The notes beneath the pieces are model-generated. The model did not search any database, was not told where the DNA came from, and saw only the letters and a list, made by a program, of their open reading frames with translations. A stretch of 64,000 bases of DNA from an uncultured Actinomycetota bacterium (lineage in GTDB: Bacteria > Actinomycetota > UBA4738 > HRBIN12), in contig CAVQEW010000006.1 of the NCBI GenBank assembly GCA_963711655.1, forward strand, positions 66,662 through 130,661. The letters run 5' to 3'. Shown here piece after piece: positions 19,049-28,633 of this stretch. The translations under genes and the position numbers were made by a program. Positions within the stretch are counted from its first letter, which is position 1; each line of letters begins with the position of its first letter.

Positions 19049-21138
19049 ATGACCGGACCGAAGCATCAGGCCCCCAAGCGTGGGGTCTTCCTTGCCCCGG
19101 TCCTCATGATCGCCTTCGCTCTGGGGCAGACCGGCATCCTCGGCGCCCAGGCAGCTCCACCCGTCGACTCCCCCGGTCCCCCCTCGTCGGACGGGGTCCA
19201 GCCGATGATCGCCGACACCCAGTCCTCGAACGACGACTGCGGACAGCTCGGGTTCGATCACGGGATCTCGATCGCGAGCAACGGTCAGGTCTCGGGCGGC
19301 GATCTGACCGTCACGGTCACCGACTACAACAGCCCGACGGGATACGTGGATTGGTCCTCGAACCTCCCGATCCACGGCGTCTACGCCAAGGGCGGACCGA
19401 GCGGCGGCAACCTCTTCAACTACCCGGCCGGCGACACCGGCGACCACGACCTCCATACGCCACAGAAGCCCGACGGTGGCTACTACGCGGTTGAGCCATC
19501 TCGCCTTCTGCTGGAACGACGTCGCGGCCGAGCCCGACGTGTCGATCACCAAGGCGAACGAACCCGCGGGTCCGGTCCTGAACGGCGCCTCGATCACGTA
19601 CACGCTCACGGTCACGAACGGAGGAACCGCCACCGCGACGCAGGTGGAGGTCACCGACGAGCTCCCCGCGGGGGTCACGTTCGTCTCCGCCACCGCGGGA
19701 TGCGACGAGGCCGAGGGTCTCGTCACCTGCGCGCTGGGCGACATCGGCGCCGGTGCCGTCCCTGGGCGTCGACATCACGGTCACCGTCGACGAGGTCTTC
19801 TGCGGCCCGATCGTCAACGCGGCGCATGTCTCGGCGTCGAACGAGACGGGCGGGGCGACCGAGAACAACGACTCGAACGACGTCAGCAACTCCGTCGAGT
19901 GCTCCGAGCCCACTCCGCCCGATCTTCAGGTGACGAAGAGCTCCGACGCCGACGGGATCCTCCACGACGGCGACGACTTCCGCTACACGATCACGGTGAC
20001 CAACGTCGGCGACGAGGAAGCCACCGATGTGGAGCTCGACGACGTCCTGCCGCCCGGAGCCCTGAACGTCGCGATCCCGCCGTTCCCCACGTTCGGCGGC
20101 GAGGCGCTGCACCGTCACGAGCTCCGTCCTCCCCGGCGGCATCCCCCACGCGACGGTGCAGTGCGGTCCGATCGACCTCGGCGCCCGGTGCATCGGCCTC
20201 GGTCACCGTCAGGGTCATCGTCACGGGCGATGTCTGCGGTTCGATCACGAACATCGTGGACGTCGAGGGCTCCAACGAGCCTGCCGAGAACGTCGGCTCC
20301 GACAACCACGCCGAGGCGACCGACCAGGTCGCGTGCGTCCCGCGCATCCGCCTGACGAAGAGCGGGCCCTCACTCGCACACGTCGGTGACACCGTCACCT
20401 ACGTCTTCACGGCCACCAACACCGGTGGCGTGGCCCTGTCGAACATCGACCTCACCGATCCGAAGTGCGACTCGGCGCCGACGCTCACCGCCGACGGGAA
20501 CGGCGACGCCGTCCTCGCGGTGAACGAGCATTGGACCTTCCGCTGCGACCACACGATCACCGCGGGTGACGGCGATCCCGTCCACAACGTGGCGACCGTC
20601 ACGGGCGATCACGAAGGCGGCACCGTCTCGGACACGGACACGCACGACGTCGACGTGATCCATCCGGACATCGAACTCGAGAAGACGGCGAGTCCCACCT
20701 CGGGCCCGGCCGGCACGACCATCGTCTACACCTACGCGGTGACGAACACCGGCGATACGACGCTGTTCGACATCTCGATCGACGACGACACGCTCGGCCA
20801 CGTCGGGGACATCCCTTCGCTCGCAGCCGGACAGACCGCCGAACGCACGTTCGAGATCACCCTGGGCTCCTCCCCCATCACGAACGTCGCCACCGCGAGA
20901 GGTGCCGACGTCCTCGGCGGATCCGTGAGTGACGTCGACGACGCCACCGTCACGGTGGTCGCGGGTGGAGGCGGACGGAGACGGGGACGGCACGGGCGGC
21001 GGCAGCCCCTTCACCGGATCCGACACGGGTCGCCTCTCCGGCTGGATCGGGCTCCTCGTGGCCCTCGGCTCGGTGCTGATCGTGGCCTCCCGGAAGCGTC
21101 CGGAGGCCCGCCCGGAGGGCACGCAGATCGAGGGTTGA
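19049..21138 (+). CDS. DUF11-repeat surface protein 1 with C-terminal SPFTGSD sorting signal, at least 4 frameshifts
   Basis: It has an RBS GGAGGAG and the signal peptide 'VFLAPVLMIAFALGQTGILGAQA'. Repeated 'TYTLTVTNGG/TITVTNVGD/VFTATNTGG/TYAVTNTGD' modules follow. The end is 'SPFTGSDTGRLSGWIGLLVALGSVLIVASRKR'. Frames change near 19485, 19745, 20100-20170 and 20960. Confidence 0.7.
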
Positions 21139-21159
21139 CCGGCCGCGCGAGAGGAGCAC

Positions 21160-21189
21160 GTCCCCTCGGGGACCTGCCTCGTGATTTTT
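21160..21189 (+). terminator. possible terminator after surface gene 1
   Basis: GTCCC-CTCG-GGGAC hairpin, with a TTTTT run (21185-21189) about 12 nt downstream. Confidence 0.35.
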
Positions 21190-21249
21190 CGACCTGTTCC
21201 ATGTTTCTGTCTTGCGCAATCAGCCCATTTCCACCACAATCGGTCCCCT

Positions 21250-21417
21250 CCGAACGGACTACTGCTTCGTCCGGATGGATGTAGGGCCATTCGCCCGATG
21301 GTGTCCCCCGGCTGAGGGGAATACCGTCCGGGCAGCGGACCACGGTCTCCGCCGTAAGGCGCGGCCCGGGTCCATCGGTCGATGGGGGAACCACAACACC
21401 AGTTGGGGAGGTTGAGG
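21250..21417 (+). promoter_or_regulatory. conserved 168-nt 5' leader, copy A (candidate structured RNA)
   Basis: It aligns along its full length with 24031-24198. Shared elements are CCGAT...ATCGG enclosing the hairpins GGTGTCCCC/GGGGAATACC and GGACC...GGTCC. Confidence 0.45.
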
Positions 21418-23953
21418 ATGGGTACCAGGAACTCTCGGCTTCGCCGGCGCGCAACCAAGCGCGGGCTCGCCTCGTTCGTATCGTTCTTGCTGCTGTTCGC
21501 GTTCGCACTCGGACAGAGCTCACTGAGCGCACTGGCGGATGACGCCGGAACCGATCCCGTCGCCGCCGAGGAAGTCCTCTCGGATGGCGGCACGGATGAG
21601 GGCACGCTCCCGGTGGTGGAGGCTCCCGCGGAGCAGGCTCCGGTCGCGAGGAAGCTCCCGCCGAGGAAGCTCCGGCCGAGGAAGCTCCGGCTGCCGAAGC
21701 GGATGGTGAGGCAGACGTCGACGTGAACGCCGGGGCTGCCTCCACGGAGGCGGGCGGAGCCCGCACGCGCCAGATCAATGTCGCCCGCATCGCCCGGACG
21801 ACCTCGATCGCGGCCCCGGCCGCGCCCCCGGGTCCGGACACGCCAGGCGCTCCGTCGGGGCAGGGTCCGCCGATCCTGTTGACGGGCAACCAGAACTGCG
21901 CCCGGTGCTCGGCGACGACCTCCTGTTCGAGTACCGGGACGACCCCCCGCACAGCCACACCGTCGACCTGAGTGCGCGTCCGAGGTGACGTCGAGGGGAC
22001 CCTCGAGATCACGTGCACGGGTCCACGTTCGACTTCAGATCACCGCGGCGATCTGTGGGCCGTCGTCGTGAAGGGCGGACCGAACGCGAACCTGTTCGAC
22101 TACCGGCCGGCCGGAGAGGACGCGGATACCCTCCTGCACGCTCCTGTGAACTCGCAGAACGGTCAGTTCACACCACACTCGATCGCTGGGCAACGAGATC
22201 GCTCGACGGCGACGAGGTCGTGCCCCTGCCGTTCGGCGAGGGACATCGAATACCGTCAGCATCACCGACACGGGCGACCGGAACCGTCGATCGGCGTCAA
22301 CGCGAAAGAGACCCAGGTGACGTGATCACCGGCGACTTCGATCTTCGACTTCTCGTGCCGTTCCCCGTTGGCGGGTCGCCACAGCGGTCGTCACGACATC
22401 CCGCAGCGCGGGTGACCCCGACCCGATCCCACGTCGTGCACTGAAGCTTCGATGCGAGCGCGGGTGGGACCAAGGTCACCGTTCCACATCCTGCACCACC
22501 GACATCACCCGCGAGCCCGGGCATCGACGTCACGAAGTCCTGCCCGGCGGAGGTGCCGTTCGGCGAGGACATCGAGTACACGATCACCGTCACGAACACG
22601 GGCAACGAGGCGCTCGAGACGTCACCGTGAACGACACGCTGCTGGGTGACATCACGGGCGACTTCGACGTCGACTTCGCCAACCCGTTCGCTGTGGGCGC
22701 CACCGCGACCGCGGTCAGTCACGCTACACGCCGCAGGCCGGCGACCCCGACCCGCTCACCAACACGGTGACCGCTCGGGCAGACGGCGCGGACTCGGGTG
22801 TGCAGGCCTCCGACGACGGACATCCTGCACCACCGACATCACGCACGAGCCGGGCATCGACGTCACCAAGTCCTGCCCGGAGTCGGTTCCGTTCGGCGAG
22901 GAGATCGAGTACACGATCACCGTCACCAACACGGGCAACGAGGCGCTCGTCGGCGTCACCGTGAACGACACCCTGCTGGGTGACATCACGGGCGACTTCG
23001 ACGTCGACTTCGCCAACCCGTTCCCTGTGGGTGCCACCGCGACCGCGGTCGTCACCTACACGCCGCAGGCCGGTGACCCCGACCCGCTCACCAACACGGT
23101 GACCGCTTCGGGCAACGGCGCGGACTCGGGTGTGGAGGCCTCCGACGAGGCATCCTGCACCACCGACATCGGCAACCCGAACCCGGCCATCGACGTGGCG
23201 AAGGAGTGCACCGAGCTCGCCCACGTCGGCGACACGGTCACCTACAGGATCACGGTCACCAACACCGGTGACGAAGTCCTCGACGGCGTGACCGTCATGG
23301 ACACCGTGCTCGGAGATCTCTCGGCGTCATTCCCGGACAGCCTCGCGGTCGGTGCCTCCGAGTCCCACGAGTTCGACTACGAGGTGCTCGGCAGTGACCC
23401 CGACCCGCTGGTGAACGAAGTGACGGCGGCGGGGATCGGGACCCAGTCCCAGACCCCGGTGGACGACACGGAGCTCTGTGCCACCGACATCATCCACCCG
23501 GCCATCGAGATCGTGAAGACGGTGGACGAGGACACGGTGCCGATCGGCACGACCGTGACCTTCACCTACGTCGTCACGAACACCGGCGACACCACGCTGT
23601 ACGACATCAGCGTCGACGACGACATCATGGGGCACATCGGGGACATCGAGGTCCTCGAGCCCGGGCAGTCCGTCACGCTGACGAAGGACTTCGTGGTGGG
23701 TGACGTGCCCGTCACCAACGTCGGGACGGCAACCGGTGAGGACATCCTGGGTCACTCGGTGAGCTCCAACGACGATGCCACCGTGACCCCGATCGCCGGC
23801 GAGAACCCCCCGGAGAACCCGGAGAACCCGACGACCCCGTTCACGGGTTCGGACGCGGCACGGCTGGGGGTCATCTCGATGGTCCTGTTCGGGATCGGCG
23901 TGATCGCGGTCGCGACGACCCGCAGGCGCAGGTCGGAGCGCGAGGCCGCGTAA
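21418..23953 (+). pseudogene. DUF11-repeat surface protein 2, heavily frame-disrupted in its 5' half
   Basis: The signal peptide is near-identical in DNA to gene 3. The N-domain is related to gene 1 ('VVVKGGPNANLFDYRPAGEDADTLLHAP'). At least 9 frame breaks lie between 21640 and 22830. From ~22840 to the stop it is an intact frame ending 'TTPFTGSDAARLGVISMVLFGIGVIAVATTRRRR'. Confidence 0.65.
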
Positions 23954-23976
23954 CCGTCGGGCATACGGAACGGAAC

Positions 23977-24003
23977 GGGCGGGGTCCCATCGGGACCCCG
24001 CCC
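23977..24003 (+). terminator. GC-rich hairpin terminator after surface gene 2
   Basis: GGGCGGGGTCCC / GGGACCCCGCCC perfect 12-bp arms, 24 nt after the stop. It is homologous to the hairpin after gene 3. Confidence 0.6.
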
Positions 24004-24030
24004 GGCTTCACTGTTGACGCTCCGAGAAGT

Positions 24031-24198
24031 CCGAACGGACTACTCCATCCGGTCGGAGCCGGACGGGCCATTCGCCCGATGGTGTCCCCCGGATGGAGGG
24101 GTTACCTTTCAAGGCAGCGGACCACAGTCTTCACCGTAGGGCGTGGACCGGGTCCATCGGTCAATCGAAGAACCACAACACCAGTTGGGGGGTGGAAG
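24031..24198 (+). promoter_or_regulatory. conserved 168-nt 5' leader, copy B (candidate structured RNA)
   Basis: This is the paralog of 21250-21417. It carries a compensatory change in the inner stem: CGC..GCG in A versus CAC..GTG in B. Confidence 0.45.
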
Positions 24199-27100
24199 AT
24201 GGGTACCAGGAACTCTCGGCTTCGCCGGCGCGCAACCAAGCGCGGGCTCGCCTCGTTCGTATCGTTCTTGCTGCTGTTCGCGTTCGCACTCGGACAGAGC
24301 TCACTGAGCGCACTGGCGGATGACGCCGGAACCGATCCCGTCGCCGCCGAGGAAGTCCTCTCGGATGGCGGTACGGGTGAGGGCACGCTCCCGGTTGCGG
24401 AGGCTCCCGGCGAGCAGGCTCCGGTTGCGGAAGCTCCCGCCGAGGAAGCTCCCGCCGAGGAAGCTCCGGCACCTGCTGTCGGCAGCGGCGGCGCGGCATC
24501 GACGGATGACGGATCCGCGACGTCCTCGCACCGCGCCCGCAGGGGCACGCGCAACCTCGCGCGAACGAGCCGGGAAGCCGCGATCGCGGCACCGCTCGCG
24601 GCGGACATCGTCGGAGGCGACGTCAACCTCGACTTCGTGGCTGCCGGGCCCTTCACCTACGACCACTCCACCGGCCTCGGTCCGCGCCCGCAGTTCGGCT
24701 ACGACAACCGGACCATCAGCAAGACGAACGGCGTCGTGGAGTCGCTCGAAGGCGGCGACTTCGCCTGCAACGACCTCGTCACGTTCTTCGTGCAGGTCGA
24801 GGTCGAGTCCGGAGCCAGCGGCACCGGCTCGGTGCAGCTCGACATGTCCTTCGGCGCCGAGACGACGGGCCAGCCCGGCCTCGGCTTCGACGACATCGTG
24901 AGCTGGGGCATCAACTCCCCCGACGACGGCAACGTCGGCCTCGACGGGAACGAGACCGTCGTCCAGAACAACGAGACCCTCGACACCTCGGGCTACGACG
25001 AGATCAAGAGCCAGTTCACGGTCTCGAACCTCAGCGCCGGGGAGACGGCGATCGTCCGCATCACCGTCCATCTCGCATGCGAGGTGGGAGCGGACCCGAC
25101 CGGGAACATCCTGAACTCGATCGACGCCGCCCGCGTCGTGGGTGGCAACACGATCAGCGTCGGTCAGCAGACCGTGCCGATGAAGCAGGTCGGCGGGGTC
25201 GCTCCCCTGCCTGGCATCACGGTCACCAAGTCCTGCCCGGAGTCGGTTCCCTTCGGTGAGGAGATCAGCTACGAGATCACGGTCTCGAACACGGGAACGA
25301 GGCGCTGACGGGCCTCTCCGTGACGGACACCTTGCTCGGGAACATCACCGCTGAGTTCCCGAACACGACGCTCGACGTCGGGAGAGGTCAACACCGTGAC
25401 CGTCGGCTACACGCCGCAGGCCGGTGACCCCGACCCGCTCACCAACACGGTGACGGCTGAGGCGGACGGAGGCATCTCCGCCGCTCACGTCTCCGCGACA
25501 GACGACTGCACCACCGACATCACGCACCAGCCGGGCATCGACGTCACCAAGTCCTGCCCGGAGTCGGTTCCGTTCGGCGCGGAGATCGAGTACACGATCA
25601 CCGTCGAGAACACGGGCAACGAGGCGCTCGTCGGCGTCACCGTGAACGACACCCTGCTGGGTGACATCACGGGCGACTTCGACGTCGACTTCGCCAACCC
25701 GTTCCCGGTGGGTGCGACCGCGACCGCGGTCGTCACCTACACGCCGCAGGCCGGTGACCCCGACCCGCTCACCAACACGGTGACCGCTTCGGGCAACGGC
25801 GCGGACTCGGGTGTGGAGGCCTCCGACGAGGCGTCCTGCACCACCGACATCACGCACCAGCCGGGCATCGACGTCACCAAGTCCTGCCCGGAGTCGGTTC
25901 CGTTCGGCGCGGAGATCGAGTACACGATCACCGTGGAGAACACGGGCAACGAGGCGCTCGTCGGCGTCACCGTGAACGACACCCTGCTGGGTGACATCAC
26001 GGGCGACTTCGACGTCGACTTCGCCAACCCGTTCCCGGTGGGTGCGACCGCGACCGCGGTCGTCACCTACACGCCGCAGGCCGGTGACCCCGACCCGCTC
26101 ACCAACACGGTGACCGCTTCGGGCAACGGCGCGGACTCGGGTGTGGAGGCCTCCGACGAGGCGTCCTGCACCACCGACATCAGCACGAGCCGGGCATCGA
26201 CGTCACCAAGTCCTGCCCGGAGTCGGTTCCGTTCGGCGCGGAGATCGAGTACACGATCACCGTCGAGAACACGGGCAACGAGGCGCTCGTCGGCGTCACC
26301 GTGAACGACACCCTGCTGGGTGACATCACGGGCGACTTCGACGTCGACTTCGCCAACCCGTTCCCTGTGGGTGCGACCGCGACCGCGGTCGTCACCTACA
26401 CGCCGCAGGCCGGTGACCCCGACCCGCTCACCAACACGGTGACCGCTTCGGGCAACGGCGCGGACTCGGGTGTGGAGGCCTCCGACGAGGCGTCCTGCAC
26501 CACCGACATCACGCACCAGCCGGGCATCGACGTCACCAAGTCCTGCCCGGAGTCGGTTCCGTTCGGCGCGGAGATCGAGTACACGATCACCGTCGACGAA
26601 CACGGGCAACGAGGCGCTCGTCGGCGTCACCGTGAACGACACCCTGCTGGGTGACATCACGGGCGACTTCGACGTCGACTTCGCCAACCCGTTCCCGGTG
26701 GGTGCGACCGCGACCGCGGTCGTCACCTACACGCCGCAGGCCGGTGACCCCGACCCGCTCACCAACACGGTGACCGCTTCGGGCAACGGCGCGGACTCGG
26801 GTGTGGAGGCCTCCGACGAGGCGTCCTGCACCACCGACATCACGCACCAGCCGGGCATCGACGTCACCAAGTCCTGCCCGGAGGCCGCCGGTGTCGGCGA
26901 CGTGATCACCTACGAGATCACGATCACCAACACGGGCAACGAGGCCCTGGTGGACATCACGGTGAACGACTCGATCCTCGGGGACGTCTCCGACGAGTTC
27001 CCGAGCACGCTCGAGGTCGGTGAGAGCTTCACGGCCTTCATCGACTACACGGTCACCGAGCAGAGCCCCGACCCGATCCACAACGTGGTGACGGCATCGG

Positions 27101-27948
27101 GTCTCGGTGCGGACTCCGAGGTCGAGGCCTCGGACGAGGCGTCCTGCGACACGGACGTCGAGCACCCGGCCATCCAGATCGTCAAGGACGGGCCGGCACT
27201 GGTGCACCGCGGCGACACGATCACCTACCTCTTCGAGGTGACCAACATCGGTGACGTCGACCTGTTCGACGTCGAGCTGACCGACCCGATCTGCGACGAG
27301 GGCACCATCACGCTCGTCGACGACGGCGATGGCGACTCGATGCTCGCGGTCGACGAGGTGTGGCACTTCACGTGCACGCACCTCGTGACCGACGACGACC
27401 CGGACCCGATCCCGAACACGGGCACCGTTACCGGTGACACCGATGAGGGCGAGGGTGGCGACGAGGTCACCGACAGCGATGACCACGTGGTGGACATCAT
27501 CCACCCGGCCATCGATGTCGTGAAGACGGTGGATGAGGACACGGTGCCGATCGGCACGACGGTGACCTTCACCTACGTCGTGACGAACACCGGAGACACC
27601 ACGCTGTACGACATCAGCGTCGACGACGACATCATGGGGCACATCGGGGACATCGAGGTCCTCGAGCCCGGGCAGTCCGTCACGCTGACGAAGGACTTCG
27701 TGGTGGGCGACGAGCCCGTGACGAACGTGGTCACGGTCGAGGGCGAAGACATCCTCGGCCACTCGGTGAGCGCCGATGACGACGCCACCGTGACCCCGAT
27801 CGCCGACGTGAACCCGCCGGAGCCGCCGACCCCGTTCACGGGTTCGGATGCGGGACGGCTGGGGCTCATCTCGGTGGTCCTGTTCGGGATCGGCGTGACC
27901 GTGGTCGCGACGACCCGCAGGCGCCGGCCGGAGCGCGAGGCGGCGTAA
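24199..27948 (+). CDS. DUF11-repeat surface protein 3 with tandem 110-aa modules and TPFTGSD sorting signal, 4 frameshifts
   Basis: The signal peptide is 'RGLASFVSFLLLFAFALGQSSLSALA'. A unique N-domain spans 24600-25200. Repeated 'IDVTKSCPESVPFGAEIEYTITVENTGNEALVGVTVNDTLLGDITGDFDVDF...' modules follow. Frame breaks lie near 25297, 25380, 26176 and 26588. The end is 'PTPFTGSDAGRLGLISVVLFGIGVTVVATTRRRR'. Confidence 0.75.
25408..26882 (+). repeat. tandem array of 330-bp coding repeats (about 4.5 units)
   Basis: The landmark 'TACACGCCGCAGGCCGG' recurs at 25408, 25738, 26068, 26397 and 26728. The periods are 330, 330, 329 and 331 bp. Units are almost identical from ~25507 onward. Confidence 0.9.
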
Positions 27949-27971
27949 CCCTCGAGAGCACGGAAAGGAAC

Positions 27972-27999
27972 GGGGCGGGGTCCGATCGGACCCCGCCCC
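27972..27999 (+). terminator. GC-rich hairpin terminator after surface gene 3
   Basis: GGGGCGGGGTCCGA / TCGGACCCCGCCCC palindrome, 24 nt after the stop. Confidence 0.6.
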
Positions 28000-28039
28000 T
28001 TCCACGTCCGGCCCTGGTTCTCAGGCCGCGATCAGCACC

Positions 28040-28492
28040 TCACCCGACGAAGACCATCGTCACCCACAGGAACCCGTCGTGGGCGTAGACACCGATCCCG
28101 ACACGCCGGAACCGGCGCTCGAGGATGTTGTCGCGATGCCCCTCGCTGTCCATGAACGCCTCGTACAGCGTTCGCATGCTCAGGCCGGCTCCCACGTTCT
28201 CTCCCGCCACGCTCCACGACACGAACGTGAGACTGGAGCTCAGGGACGCCGTGTGGAAGATCCGCCCGGCGTCCGCCATCTGCCGGCTGTGCGCGTCCGC
28301 CATCGCCCGGAGTCGCCATCCCCGATCCAGGACCACCGCGCCGTGCACGCTGCGGGCGTTGTTCATCCATCCGAGCATGTCGCGCCGTGGGGTCCAGGCC
28401 GCACGGGCGCTGGGCGCGACCGCGCTGAGCACGACGGTGAGGGCGAGGGTGAATCCCAAGACCTTGACGGTCCTGACCAGACCTCGTCTCAT
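28040..28492 (-). CDS. secreted CAP/SCP (PR-1-like) domain protein
   Basis: The internal ATG is preceded by AAGGAGG. The signal peptide is 'VKVLGFTLALTVVLSAVAPSARA'. 'GENVG', 'FMDSEGHRDNIL' and 'FRRVGIGV' are CAP-domain motifs. Confidence 0.75.
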   Translation of the reverse strand: MRRGLVRTVKVLGFTLALTVVLSAVAPSARAAWTPRRDMLGWMNNARSVHGAVVLDRGWRLRAMADAHSRQMADAGRIFHTASLSSSLTFVSWSVAGENVGAGLSMRTLYEAFMDSEGHRDNILERRFRRVGIGVYAHDGFLWVTMVFVG

Positions 28493-28633
28493 CGGTTTCG
28501 CCTCCTTCGCCACGGGCGGCACCTTCGGCCGCCCCTGCCACCCGAACATCGGCATGGAGACGAGCAGCCTTGAGACGGAACTGGTCGAAGATGACTAGAC
28601 GGAGCTACTCGCGATGAGGTAGTGGAGAGCGCG

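Noticed and set aside
21185-21240. Promoter elements for gene 2 (TTGCGC ... CACAAT), with a TTGACG at 24013 for gene 3.
   Set aside because: The hexamers are only loosely consensus-like, and the spacing for the gene 3 candidate does not fit. I cannot support a promoter call without TSS data.
21212-21415. Small ORFs listed inside the leaders (21212..21415 and 24093..24323).
   Set aside because: Their sequence conservation tracks the RNA-level alignment of the two leaders, with indels that would break a protein frame. The downstream ATG with an SD (21418 and 24199) starts the real signal peptide.
25408-26882. The periodic repeats could be mistaken for a CRISPR array.
   Set aside because: The period is 330 bp and there are no unique spacers. 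The units are contiguous and in-frame, and they encode a protein domain. No cas genes are present.
13514-27948. A diversity-generating retroelement, with the RT acting on the repeat-bearing surface genes.
   Set aside because: There is no template repeat next to the RT. The differences I could read between repeat units of genes 2 and 3 (g/c, a/c, acc/gag, t/g, c/g, a/g) are not adenine-specific. The repeats are whole-domain tandem copies rather than a C-terminal variable region. The RT is 5 kb away, with housekeeping genes in between.
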